Below, piece by piece: positions 31,621-41,134 of a stretch of DNA of 64,000 nucleotides; the first letter of the stretch is position 1, and each line of letters opens with the position of its first letter. The DNA comes from a bacterium (GTDB taxonomy: Bacteria; UBA8248): contig CBDBZU010000004.1 in the NCBI GenBank assembly GCA_965213625.1, forward strand, positions 2,016,001 through 2,080,000. Reading direction: 5' to 3'. The notes below the pieces were generated by a model. That model was not told the origin of the DNA and made no database searches. It saw nothing but the letters and a program-made list of their open reading frames with translations. The translations under genes and the position numbers were made by a program.

Positions 31621-34600
31621 TCACCACCGCCTCGAACAGCGCAGCAGCACGCCGCTTTCAGGTTTTTCGTCGTACTCCGACTCCTTGAGCGAGGCCTCCA
31701 AACTCACGTCGAAGGCGGGATCGATCCGCCAGCGCGCGCCCGCGCGCCAGATCTCTCCGCTATCCGACAACGCCACGCCCGCGTAGGGCGTAAGCAGGCC
31801 GCGCCTGGCGTCGAAACCGTAGCCCACCTCGGCGTCGAGCCGCGTTTCGGGGTCGAATGCACCCGCTTGGATGCCGCCGAATCTCTGCGACCAGAGTTGC
31901 TCGGCGCTCCCCGAATCCGCACCCCAGCCGGAGCCCACGCGCACGGACAACCCACGCCCGTCGTCGCCCGGCGCGTAGAGCACCGAGCCGCTAACGCCCC
32001 ATTCCTCATAGTCGTTATCGGCGTGGGCGAGGAGGCCGCGCGCGCTCACCTCCATCGTCAGGCTTCCCGACGAATAGCGCAGTGAGCCGCTGACTTCGAG
32101 ACCGCTTCCCGTCTCGGCGTCGCCCCCGTCGTAGCGAAGGCCGACTTCCAGCGAGGGCGTGAGCACCCCGCCTCCCAGTTTGAACTCGCGCGAGCCTTCG
32201 AGGAGCACGCGGATTCGGCTCGTCTCCGCTTCAGCCGCGGCGAGGTCCGCCGCCGCTTCTGAAGTCGTGCGCGTGACGAGCAAGTCCGCGCGCAGGGCGA
32301 GTTCGTACCCGCCCGTACCGGTGGCGGGAAGGAGCACGCCGCGTACCCCGGCAGCCGCCATGCGCATCTCGATGTCGGTCTCGATGTGCCGCGCGCCCTC
32401 TGGCGAAAGCGTCAGATCGCCTTGCCCTTGTCCGAGCGCGCCCCAAAGCGAGAGCCGTTCGCTCACCCTGTAGCGGGCGTAGGGGTAGACGCCCATGAGC
32501 GTGCTCTCCACCTCGCCCGCACAGCCGGCCTCGCACGCCCCGCTCATCCGGAACGAGCCTTCGCCCGCACTTCGCGCAAGCGCCACGCCGAAGAGCCACT
32601 TGTCCCGCTCGAAGTCGATCCCCAGAGTCGCCGTGGTCACGTCGCCCTCGAGGCTGAGCGTGTCTTCCTTGCCGCTGAAGTTCGATCGCGCCCCACGGCC
32701 CCAGACCGACCAGCGTGGTCCTGACTCCATTTTCTCGGAGGACGCCATGTGGAACGAACTCGCGAGCATGAACTCGCTCATCTCGATTTCGCGCCGCGTC
32801 GCCTCAGCGTCCTCACCCGAAACGCCGCCTGGGCTGCCGAAAGCATTACCTGCGCCATCTCTACCGATTCCGTAATCGCCCAAGGCGAGGCGGGCGTTCG
32901 GGTCCGCCGGGAGGAGGGGGTCCCGGCCCAACGCCAGGCTTTGCCCGCCGAGCACAACGCCCGTGCGTGCGCCGCGCAGCCGCTCGGCAATCGCGTCGGT
33001 CACGTGCTCCGCCGCCTCGCGCCCGAATCGCGCGAGCCAAGCCTTTGGCATCGGGTCGGTGTTCGTGATCGTCCCGATCGCGGTTCCATCGGCGATTCTG
33101 AAGCGAATGCCCTCCTTTCCGCTCGGCGCCAAAGACAGTTCGAGGCGCATCGTCTCGCTGCCTTCGTCGAGCGAGTCGTCGAGCACCGGAATCGACACCG
33201 TGCGCGTCGTCACCCCGCGAGGGAAGACCACGAACCCCGTTTCGGCCACGTAGTCGCTTCCTGCCTGCGCCGTTCCGTCGACCGTGCGGTAGTACACCGC
33301 CTCTGAGCGCTCAGGCGCTCGGTTGAAGGTCACAACGAAGTCGAGCGTGGCCTTCGGCTCCTCCTGCGCCTCCGCATCGGCCACCGAGACCGCCGGAATC
33401 CCCTGCGCCTCGGAAATCTCCGGACCGCCGACCGCGCACCGCACCCCGACGTCCTCGCTGTGGTCGCAGTTGTGGACGCCTACCGCATTGTTGTTCGCGC
33501 GTGGACAGTCGATCAGGCTCGTCTCGTTGCCCACGCACAGTAAGTCGTCCAGGTGAATCGGTCCGTCGCCTTCGCCGAAATGCGCTCGGAGAAAGCGACC
33601 GCCGTTGCCTACCGAGCCCTCCGGGAAGCCGAGCGCGCGGCACGCGACGTCCGCTTCCTCATCGGTCCAATAATCGTCGCAAACCGTTCCCCACCGGCCG
33701 CCGTAAAATATCTCGAGGCGGCCCTCATGGGGCGTATTTCCGCCCACCAGTCGCAGCATTCCACCGTCGATGTGGGTCACCCGCAGGGTATAGGTTTGCG
33801 TCGTGGTGGTGTCCTCGGCCGTCACCTTGACCTTGACGACGTTCTCGCCCATGGCAAGGTCGATCTCGAAGGTGTTTGGGCTGCTCGTATCCGCGTCGGT
33901 AAGCGCCGTATTGTCCGACGCGAAAAACGCCACGCTTGCGTCCGGGTCGCTCGTCGTCGGTGTCACCGTGATGCGCGCGACGCCGCTCTCCACCGAGGCG
34001 GTGTAGCTTGTTGTCTCGGGCGCGAACGCCTCGTTGATCGAACCGGGGCTTATCTCGAGCGCGCTCAGGGTCGCGTCGGAGATATCTTCTTCTGTGATGA
34101 TGACGGATGCGCGGCAGGGGCAGGTCGGGGAAATCAGGGAACCGGGCAACAGTTCGAGTACAACGCCAAACCGCTCGTCACCCTCGTCTTCGGCGTCGGC
34201 AACAGTCTGCACGGTCACCGTCTTCGTCGCCGAGAAGGTGTTACCGTCCGCCGTATAGTCGCCCGGTTCGACGCGCAGTATTTCTGAAATCGCCGCATAG
34301 TCGTCGGGGCTTCCCGCTGTATCCGCCCGGGCGCTAACCGAATAAATTAGGGTTTCCCTCGGCTGCGGCACGTTTGCGCCGGTCTTGGCCTTTATAGCGA
34401 CGTCCAGGCTCTCGCCCTCTCTCACAATGTAGTCGTTCTGCGCCCAGCTGACGATGAGGAGCGGGTCCGCCGCCACCATCGCCACCGTCGCCGAGTCGTC
34501 GGGCGCGGCGGCCGCCTCGTAGCCCGTCCCCACCGCGACACTCGCCGTGATGTCCCCGCTCGTCGAACCGCTGTAAGTGCTTCTGAGCTTCACCGTTGCC

Positions 34601-36732
34601 GAGGTCTCGTTCGCCGGAATGGTGACGCTCGGCGAAGTGTCCGAGAGATACATTACCGCCTGCGTTATCGAGAGGTTGACCGTGAGCGGGGAGGCGGAAG
34701 ACGCAGAGCGCGTCACGCGGAACTCGGGGTGCGCGATTTTCGGCGCCGCCTTTGCGTGCACCGCCTCGATAGAGACCGTCGGCGTTGCGCCTTGTTCCGA
34801 CTGGCGCACGATCGTGAGCGTATAGGTCTGCGTCGTGGTGGTATCCTCGGCCGTCACCTTGATCTTCACGACGTTTTCGCCAGTCGAGAGATCGACCTGA
34901 AACCCCTCGGTGCTCCCGTCCGCGTCGGCGAGCGTCGATTCGTCCGCCGCCCGATACGCCACACTTGCAATCGGGTCGGTCGTCGTCGGCGTCACCGTGA
35001 TGCGCGCAACACCGCTCTCCACCATAGCGGTGTAGCTCGTGGTCTCAGACGCGAACGTCTCGTTGATGGAGCCGGGGCTGATTTCCAACGCGCTCAGAGT
35101 CGCGTCGGAGAGGGCGTCTTCTGTGATGGTGACGAAGGCGTAGCACCCGTCGATCGAATCCGAATGGGTCGTGGGACAGGTCGGGTCTATCGGGTTTCCG
35201 CCCACATGTTGGAGTAAAGCGAAAAACCGCTCGTCCTCCTCGTCTTCCGCGTCGGCAACAGTCTGCAAGCTAACCGTCTTCGTCGTCGAGAATGCGGCGC
35301 CCTCCGCCGAATAATCGCCCGGTTCGACGCGCAGTATTTGTCCAGTCACCGAATAGTCGCTGGGGCTTTTCGCCGTGTCCCCCTCGGTTGACACTGAATA
35401 ATCAACGGACTCTCTCGGTTGTGGCACGTTCGCGCCGGTCGTGACCTTGAACGCGACGTCCAGGCTCTCGCCCTCGCGCACCGTGTAGTCGTTCTGCGCC
35501 CAGCTGACGATGAGGAGCGGGTCCGCCGCCACCATCGCCACCGTCGCCGAGTCGTTCGGCGCGGCGGCCGCCTCGTAGCCCGTCCCCACCGCGACACTCG
35601 CCGTGATGTTCCCGCTCGTCGAACCGCTGTAGGCGCTTCTGAGCTTCACAGTCGCCGAGGTCTCGTTCGCCGGAATGGTGACGCTCGGCGAAGTGTCCGA
35701 GAGATACTCGTCCGCCTGCGTAATCGAGAGGTTGACCGTGAGCGGGGAGGAGGAGGACTCGGAGCGCGTCACGCGGAACTCGGGGTGCGCGATCCTGGGC
35801 GCCGCCTTGGCGTGCACCGCCTCGATAGAGACCGTCGGCGTTGCGCCTTGTTCCGACTGGCGCACGATCGTGAGCGTATAGGTCTGCGTCGTGGTGGTAT
35901 CCTCGGCCGTCACCTTGATCTTCACGACGTTTTCGCCAGTCGAGAGATCGACCTGAAACCCCTCGGTGCTTCCGTCCGCATCGGCGAGGGGACTGCCGTT
36001 CGAATCGAGCCAGGAGATGGTTGCGCTCGAGTCAGTCGTCGCCGGCGTCACCGTGATCCGCGTGACGCCGCTCTCCACCGTGGCGGTGTAGCTCATGGTC
36101 GTCGACTCGAACGTCTCGCTGAGCGAGCCTGTGCTTATCCCCAGTGTGTTCAGGGTCGCGTCGTTCGACATGGATGCGAGGTCCGTCAGTCGAAGCGAAA
36201 CGGTTTCGTCCACGGTCCAGGAGAGGGCTGAGCCGTCCCAGGCCCACCTGCTTGTTCCCGACCCGTGGTTAGCGATGTCAGCGCTGTCGAAGTCGTATGT
36301 CTTCTCGCCGACGTACAGGGTGAGCGAGCGCAGGTTGGCCGGAAGAATCGGCCGGACGGAGAATTCGAGCCTTCCGTTGCTGCGCACGAAGACCGCATGA
36401 ACGGCGTAGGTGGCGTCGCCTTCGGTGAAGTCGTCGTCCGTGAGGACGGCGCTTTCGGAGCACCTCTCACCCGCTTCGACATCGTTGCTGCAGCCCTGAA
36501 TGCCGCCGGGGAGTTCCTTGACGGTCAGGGTCCCGGACCAGACTTGTTTCTCCGCCGCGGCCATCGCTGCGAATGTCAGGAAGAAGAAAACGGTGAGCGC
36601 CGCGAGCAGCGCCGTATTGAAGCGGCCGCCGGGCCGGGTGATGCGCGTATTACATAGTGTTTGGTGAGTGGTGTTGTTCCGGGTTTGTTCGCCTGGTTCG
36701 TCGTCGGATGTTTCGCAAGATGTGGATCCCAT
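31621..36732 (-). CDS. Large autotransporter-type surface protein: cadherin-like beta-sandwich x3, Calx-beta-like domains, SRCR domain, C-terminal beta-barrel
   Basis: Signal-like TM segment; DATL..L.IS.G....F...TTSYTA repeats; SRCR LRLVGG...EGRLEI...WGTVCDD; MPKAWLARFGR linker; barrel ending in W. ATG 36732 follows GAAGGGGA (ORF open to 36822). Confidence 0.88.
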   Translation of the reverse strand: MGSTSCETSDDEPGEQTRNNTTHQTLCNTRITRPGGRFNTALLAALTVFFFLTFAAMAAAEKQVWSGTLTVKELPGGIQGCSNDVEAGERCSESAVLTDDDFTEGDATYAVHAVFVRSNGRLEFSVRPILPANLRSLTLYVGEKTYDFDSADIANHGSGTSRWAWDGSALSWTVDETVSLRLTDLASMSNDATLNTLGISTGSLSETFESTTMSYTATVESGVTRITVTPATTDSSATISWLDSNGSPLADADGSTEGFQVDLSTGENVVKIKVTAEDTTTTQTYTLTIVRQSEQGATPTVSIEAVHAKAAPRIAHPEFRVTRSESSSSPLTVNLSITQADEYLSDTSPSVTIPANETSATVKLRSAYSGSTSGNITASVAVGTGYEAAAAPNDSATVAMVAADPLLIVSWAQNDYTVREGESLDVAFKVTTGANVPQPRESVDYSVSTEGDTAKSPSDYSVTGQILRVEPGDYSAEGAAFSTTKTVSLQTVADAEDEEDERFFALLQHVGGNPIDPTCPTTHSDSIDGCYAFVTITEDALSDATLSALEISPGSINETFASETTSYTAMVESGVARITVTPTTTDPIASVAYRAADESTLADADGSTEGFQVDLSTGENVVKIKVTAEDTTTTQTYTLTIVRQSEQGATPTVSIEAVHAKAAPKIAHPEFRVTRSASSASPLTVNLSITQAVMYLSDTSPSVTIPANETSATVKLRSTYSGSTSGDITASVAVGTGYEAAAAPDDSATVAMVAADPLLIVSWAQNDYIVREGESLDVAIKAKTGANVPQPRETLIYSVSARADTAGSPDDYAAISEILRVEPGDYTADGNTFSATKTVTVQTVADAEDEGDERFGVVLELLPGSLISPTCPCRASVIITEEDISDATLSALEISPGSINEAFAPETTSYTASVESGVARITVTPTTSDPDASVAFFASDNTALTDADTSSPNTFEIDLAMGENVVKVKVTAEDTTTTQTYTLRVTHIDGGMLRLVGGNTPHEGRLEIFYGGRWGTVCDDYWTDEEADVACRALGFPEGSVGNGGRFLRAHFGEGDGPIHLDDLLCVGNETSLIDCPRANNNAVGVHNCDHSEDVGVRCAVGGPEISEAQGIPAVSVADAEAQEEPKATLDFVVTFNRAPERSEAVYYRTVDGTAQAGSDYVAETGFVVFPRGVTTRTVSIPVLDDSLDEGSETMRLELSLAPSGKEGIRFRIADGTAIGTITNTDPMPKAWLARFGREAAEHVTDAIAERLRGARTGVVLGGQSLALGRDPLLPADPNARLALGDYGIGRDGAGNAFGSPGGVSGEDAEATRREIEMSEFMLASSFHMASSEKMESGPRWSVWGRGARSNFSGKEDTLSLEGDVTTATLGIDFERDKWLFGVALARSAGEGSFRMSGACEAGCAGEVESTLMGVYPYARYRVSERLSLWGALGQGQGDLTLSPEGARHIETDIEMRMAAAGVRGVLLPATGTGGYELALRADLLVTRTTSEAAADLAAAEAETSRIRVLLEGSREFKLGGGVLTPSLEVGLRYDGGDAETGSGLEVSGSLRYSSGSLTMEVSARGLLAHADNDYEEWGVSGSVLYAPGDDGRGLSVRVGSGWGADSGSAEQLWSQRFGGIQAGAFDPETRLDAEVGYGFDARRGLLTPYAGVALSDSGEIWRAGARWRIDPAFDVSLEASLKESEYDEKPESGVLLRCSRRW
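33780..36165 (-). repeat. Intragenic tandem repeat, ~1.03-1.06-kb unit, about 2.3 copies
   Basis: 34754-34914 is identical to 35810-35970 (offset 1056); unit starts near 36165, 35109 and 34080. Confidence 0.9.
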
Positions 36733-37036
36733 GGTCTGTTCCCCTTCCTGTTGTAGCGGCGGCGGATGTGGAAGGTGGCGGCAGGAGTGAAATTTCGAGG
36801 TAGGCGGCAGGCTCGCCTTCAAGTCCAGGTGCGTCCGGCGAGGCCCGAATGGGCAAGAAAATGGTATCAGCGGAAGCGAAGAACGAATGTAAAGATTGTG
36901 TAAAGATCGTCAGGGTTTCGTAAATATCCTCGCGTTGGCGCGCCCTTGAGGAAGGGAAGCCGGCCAGTGAGGAGGTTGTTGAAAAAGCCCTCCTGGTTCG
37001 CAATTGGGTCCGATACCGGGCCTGTCCGTATGAAAT

Positions 37037-37528
37037 TTAGCGGTCTATCGGGTCACGCGGGTCGAACTCGTTTCCCCATACGCCGCGCCGGTATCGCTTG
37101 GCGAGGTTTTCGGCTTCTATCAGTTTCTTGCGGTAGCGAATGTTGGGGTGTTTCACGAGGGCGCGGCCCAGACCCCGGAGCACCATGAGCTCGTTCACGA
37201 GGCCGCCTTCTTCGAGGAAGACGTAATAAAGAGTCTGACCGGAAGAATCCACGGGTTTTTCGTCGATCTCGAGGCTCACCGTCCTGTTCTCGATGAGGCG
37301 CTTTAAGAACGCACGGGCCTGGACGGAGCCTGGCGCGCCGGGCGCGGGGGCGGCCACGCCGATCAATGCGGAGCGCAGGCCGCCGCCGAGTTGAAAGCTC
37401 GCTCCGTCGTAGACCTTGGTGACGCGCGCTTTGAGGCGTTTTCGGGGCGCTTCCCCTCGGGCGGGCGCAGGGGCGCTCATGACGGCGGTGAGCAGAAGCG
37501 CACACAACATGAGAGTCGTTTTTTTCAT
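37037..37528 (-). CDS. Thermonuclease (SNase-like) family secreted protein
   Basis: Signal peptide, VTKVYDG, LIGVAAP, VNELMVLRGLG, AE..AK..RRGVW; canonical DGDT and D.YGR appear altered. Confidence 0.8.
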   Translation of the reverse strand: MKKTTLMLCALLLTAVMSAPAPARGEAPRKRLKARVTKVYDGASFQLGGGLRSALIGVAAPAPGAPGSVQARAFLKRLIENRTVSLEIDEKPVDSSGQTLYYVFLEEGGLVNELMVLRGLGRALVKHPNIRYRKKLIEAENLAKRYRRGVWGNEFDPRDPIDR

Positions 37529-37749
37529 CCTCGCCTCATTCGGTCTTGATGGGGGCAGCCCCAAAAACTTTCTCGATTTCACAGGTTCATAAGTTCCGCT
37601 CATGATCCCTACCGGCGGTCATATATACCATAGGGCGAACCGAATCGCTTTTCACCCGACCTTGCATGCCGGGCGGGGCGCGGCGACAATGCGTGTGTTG
37701 GGAAAATGGACGCGGCGTATGATGATACTTGCAGATAAGCGGGCTGACA

Positions 37750-38280
37750 TTGGCGGATACGAGCGAGAAGCGGATATTCATCATTGCCGGGCCGAACGGC
37801 GCGGGGAAGACGACGTTCGCCACGGAATTTCTGCCGAACGAGGCGGACTGCCCTTATTTTATCAACACCGATCTCATCGCCGCCGGGTTGAATCCGTTTC
37901 ATCCTGCTCGGGCCGGCGTACAGGCCGGCAGGCTGGTTTTGAACCAAATTCGCGAACACGCGCTGCGGGGAGAAAGTTTCGCTTTCGAGACGATTTTGAG
38001 CGGTCGCGGCTATTCGCGCCGGATTCCCCTTTGGCGGGAGCAAGGCTACCGGGTCAAACTGTTCTTCTTGCAACTACCGACGCCAGAGATGGCTATCGCT
38101 CGCGTCGCGCAGCGCGTTCTGGAGGGAGGCCACGACGTGCCCGAGGGAGTGATTCGCAGACGGTTCGAAACCGGCTGGCGCAACTTCGAGCTAATCTATC
38201 GAGACCTGGTCGACGGGTGGATTTTGTACGACAATTCGGGTGAAGAACCGAAACGGCTGGCGGAGGATTCGAAAACATGA
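37750..38280 (+). CDS. Zeta toxin-like P-loop kinase/ATPase
   Basis: IIAGPNGAGKTTFA, FINTDLIAAGL, FAFET.LSG, RV.EGGHDVPE.VIRRRF, YDNSG. Confidence 0.85.
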   Translation: MADTSEKRIFIIAGPNGAGKTTFATEFLPNEADCPYFINTDLIAAGLNPFHPARAGVQAGRLVLNQIREHALRGESFAFETILSGRGYSRRIPLWREQGYRVKLFFLQLPTPEMAIARVAQRVLEGGHDVPEGVIRRRFETGWRNFELIYRDLVDGWILYDNSGEEPKRLAEDSKT

Positions 38281-38495
38281 ATTCACAGGGCGAAAGCCCG
38301 GCTGAAAAACCTCGCGATCCCGACTTCGTCGGCGCCGACGCTGCGATGCACAGGGCGGCCCTACGCGCGCGCCGACGCGCGGAAGAAGCGGCGAGGGCCG
38401 CCGCCTCCGGTGGTGTCGAGCATGAACTGGGCGAGATTCGCTGGATGCACACCGGCCGCGACCCGCGCGAGCGAGGCCCCCGGAAGGCGGTGTGA
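38277..38495 (+). CDS. Small protein translationally coupled to the zeta-like ATPase (putative partner)
   Basis: ATGA overlap, GGAGG upstream, DPDFVGADAAMHRAALRARRRA helix. Confidence 0.6.
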   Translation: MNSQGESPAEKPRDPDFVGADAAMHRAALRARRRAEEAARAAASGGVEHELGEIRWMHTGRDPRERGPRKAV

Positions 38496-38686
38496 GGGGG
38501 ACGGCGAGGATGCTCCGGCGTAATCCCCAGGAGTATTCGGCGCCCCGATATCATCTCCGCTGAAATCCCATTTCGATAGTCGCCTTCAGTTGGCTTTGGT
38601 ATAATAATCTCTTCTGGAATCGGCGCGTTGCGCATCGGTGCGCCGACCCTTCCTTCATAAGCCGTCTGCAACAATGGAGACATAAC

Positions 38687-39295
38687 ATGAAATGGATCAT
38701 TCTGACGCTCGTCGCCGCTCTTTCACTCAGCGTTCAAACTACAAGCGCAAAACAACTCGAAAAGGCGATTTTCGCCGGCGGTTGCTTCTGGTGCGTGGAG
38801 TCTGATTTCGACAAGGTGCCGGGCGTGGTCTCGACGACTTCAGGCTATACCGGCGGCAAGACCAAGAACCCGACCTACAAGCAAGTCACCTATGGCGACA
38901 CGGGCCACTACGAGGCGGTCGAGATCACCTATGATCCGGCAAAGGTAAGCTACGATGCGCTGCTCACCGCCTTCTGGCATTCGGTCGACCCGACCGATGA
39001 CGGCGGCCAGTTCTGCGACCGGGGCGATTCCTACAAAACAGCCGTGTTCGCCCTGAACGAAAAGCAGCGCAAGGCGGCCGAGGCCTCGAAGAAGACGGCG
39101 CAAAAGTTACTCGACAAACCGATCGTCACCCCGATACTCGCCGCCGCGATTTTCTACCCCGCCGAGTATTATCACCAGAACTATTATAAGAATAACTCGG
39201 TCCGCTACCGCTACTACCGCTTCTCGTGCGGCCGCGACAAGAGGCTCAAGAACCTCTGGGGCGAGCACGCCTTCAAGGGCATCCCCAAAAACTAA
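38687..39295 (+). CDS. msrA: Peptide-methionine (S)-S-oxide reductase with signal peptide
   Basis: FAGGCFWCVE, SGYTGG, GHYEAV, GQFCDRG, FYPAEYYHQNYY. Confidence 0.95.
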   Translation: MKWIILTLVAALSLSVQTTSAKQLEKAIFAGGCFWCVESDFDKVPGVVSTTSGYTGGKTKNPTYKQVTYGDTGHYEAVEITYDPAKVSYDALLTAFWHSVDPTDDGGQFCDRGDSYKTAVFALNEKQRKAAEASKKTAQKLLDKPIVTPILAAAIFYPAEYYHQNYYKNNSVRYRYYRFSCGRDKRLKNLWGEHAFKGIPKN

Positions 39296-39306
39296 TGATG
39301 CCGCGC

Positions 39307-39332
39307 CGCCCCGGCCCACGAGGGCCGGGGCG
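39307..39332. terminator. GC-rich hairpin between convergent genes
   Basis: CGCCCCGGCCC-acga-GGGCCGGGGCG perfect 11-bp stem; no clear U-tract. Confidence 0.5.
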
Positions 39333-39371
39333 TACGGGGGGCGGTTTCCGCTAGATGCCGGTTTTGTCGAC

Positions 39372-39761
39372 CTACTTCAGTTTAAATGTCTTGTTGAGCA
39401 AGTTGGCGCACGCTTCCGCCACATTGTTGTCCGGCTTTGCTCCGCCCGGTGAAGTTGCCCAGCCGGCTTTCAGCAAATGATTGCCCCGTTCCCATGAATC
39501 GACCGCTGCGAGTTTAGGAACCAAACCGTTATCGGTATTAACCGCCCGCTCAAACTTATCGGCGCAGATGGGCGCCAAAGCCGCGACCATGGCTGTTTCG
39601 GTTGCTGTATCCACCATTTTCTCAGCAGCGCTGCCGAGTACCCATCCGCCCCAACCAAAGCCGATGATCAGCGTGCAAATTACGCCTGCCGCAAAACCTT
39701 GAAACAGTCTTTTCAAAGAGTTTCCTTCAACCAGGGGTGCCAAAAACGAAGGCGTTTTCAT
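39372..39761 (-). CDS. Hypothetical membrane-anchored protein
   Basis: IGFGWGGWVLG TM segment, LAPICADKF, GWAT.PG, VAEACA.LL; AAGGA RBS. Confidence 0.75.
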   Translation of the reverse strand: MKTPSFLAPLVEGNSLKRLFQGFAAGVICTLIIGFGWGGWVLGSAAEKMVDTATETAMVAALAPICADKFERAVNTDNGLVPKLAAVDSWERGNHLLKAGWATSPGGAKPDNNVAEACANLLNKTFKLK

Positions 39762-40042
39762 AGGGGATCCTTTTCCCTTTGAGGGAGGAGAATTCCTCCC
39801 TGCTATATCCATCGTAGCACAGTTATCCCGCCTCCCGTATGCGGGGGAGAGGGCGCTCGTGAAAAGGAGATGGGAAGAGGGATCGTCGCAACGCAAAACT
39901 GATTACTGAATATAACCGATCAAACGTTGGAAATAGAGGAGACAGTAATGCATCGGGCCAAGTCTTCTGCCATTGCCGGGGAAACAAGAACCAGGCGGCT
40001 CCCATCTCTACGGGCTCGCCGATTCGCCTTGCGGGAGATATT

Positions 40043-40729
40043 CTAGGTGGCTTGGTTGCGCTCCAGCATGTCCAGCACGTCGTCCGTTTTCGTCACCCAG
40101 CCGAATTTCGATTCGAAGTTGAAGAGCGTTGCCTCTCGCGTGAAGTCCGGGCCGGTGTGATCCATCGCATCCTCGATGAGAATGGGCCAGAATTCGCGGA
40201 AAAAGGCCTCGCGCGCCGTGCTCTCTACGCAGACGTTCGTGGCCACGCCGGTGAAGAGGATGTGGCGGATGTCGAGGCCGTTGAGCTGGTTTTCCAGCGT
40301 CGTACCCGCAAAGCCGCTGTAGCGGGCTTTCTTCACCACCAGGTCGTCCGGCTCGGGCTTGAGCTCGTCGATAATCTCCCACCCCCACGTTCCCTCGATG
40401 ATGAGCTTCTCGCGGTCCTCCGGGCGTTCCTTGATCATCCGGATGGCCATCTGCTTGCGGATGTTGGGCGACTGCGGCCCGCCTGCGTCGCTGAGGTCGG
40501 GCTGGTACCCGAACTGGAGATAGAATACCTGCACGCCGGCCGCGCGCGCCGCAGAGAGCAGGCGCTGGTTGGCCGCGATGACGGGGTTCGTGCGGGATTC
40601 GTCGATGCCTACTCCCAGATCGAGCATTCCGCCCTTCTTCGCATAGGCGTTCTGCATGTCGACCACGATGAAAGCGGTTCGCCCTAAGTCGATTTCCACG
40701 TCCTGGGGCCGTGCCTTGAGGATTGCCAT
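40043..40729 (-). CDS. Cysteine hydrolase/isochorismatase family, RutB-like ureidoacrylate amidohydrolase
   Basis: VVDMQNAY..KGG.LD, KARYSGF, TGVATNVCVEST.R; GGAG RBS. Confidence 0.88.
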   Translation of the reverse strand: MAILKARPQDVEIDLGRTAFIVVDMQNAYAKKGGMLDLGVGIDESRTNPVIAANQRLLSAARAAGVQVFYLQFGYQPDLSDAGGPQSPNIRKQMAIRMIKERPEDREKLIIEGTWGWEIIDELKPEPDDLVVKKARYSGFAGTTLENQLNGLDIRHILFTGVATNVCVESTAREAFFREFWPILIEDAMDHTGPDFTREATLFNFESKFGWVTKTDDVLDMLERNQAT

Positions 40730-40865
40730 GCGTCTTCTCCATGATTGTCGGGAAAATTCGTCTCCGCGCGCATTCTCGCAGAACCACGCCTCCACCTCCA
40801 GCCTGTGCGGCGCATGCCTCAACAAATACGTATATTCTTCTCGATTGAACCGAGCTTACAAGAAC

Positions 40866-40912
40866 GTAGGGACAGGCCCCCGTGCCTGTCCGAGGTCGCG
40901 ACCTGTCCCTAC
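40866..40912. repeat. Fused inverted GTAG-type REP palindromes
   Basis: GTAGGGACAGG-cccccgtg-CCTGTCC followed by AGGTCGCGACCTGTCCCTAC. Confidence 0.75.
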
Positions 40913-41134
40913 AGGTCAGAGAGCCAAACCACAGTTCGCGAACCGTGGAACGCACACGCAGGCACACGCCCACGCTCCCTGATTGATCTATGAAAAGGCT
41001 ACGAAAACCAGTTTACTTGCCCTTGTATGCCCCTATGAACGCCTTTCATTGCGGCTCAAGCCCTCTTGCCCCTAAAATGTCGAATCATGGATCATGTCGC
41101 CAGATAAGTTTGTTTTTCGTTTGGGAGCAAGTTT

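Noticed and set aside
29561-31730. Diversity-generating retroelement TR/VR pair
   Set aside because: Mismatches between the two copies involve all bases rather than adenines only, and no reverse transcriptase is present in the window.
36970-36992. GAGGTTGTTGAAAAAGCCC resembling an IS terminal repeat
   Set aside because: No partner inverted repeat or transposase found nearby; too short to support.
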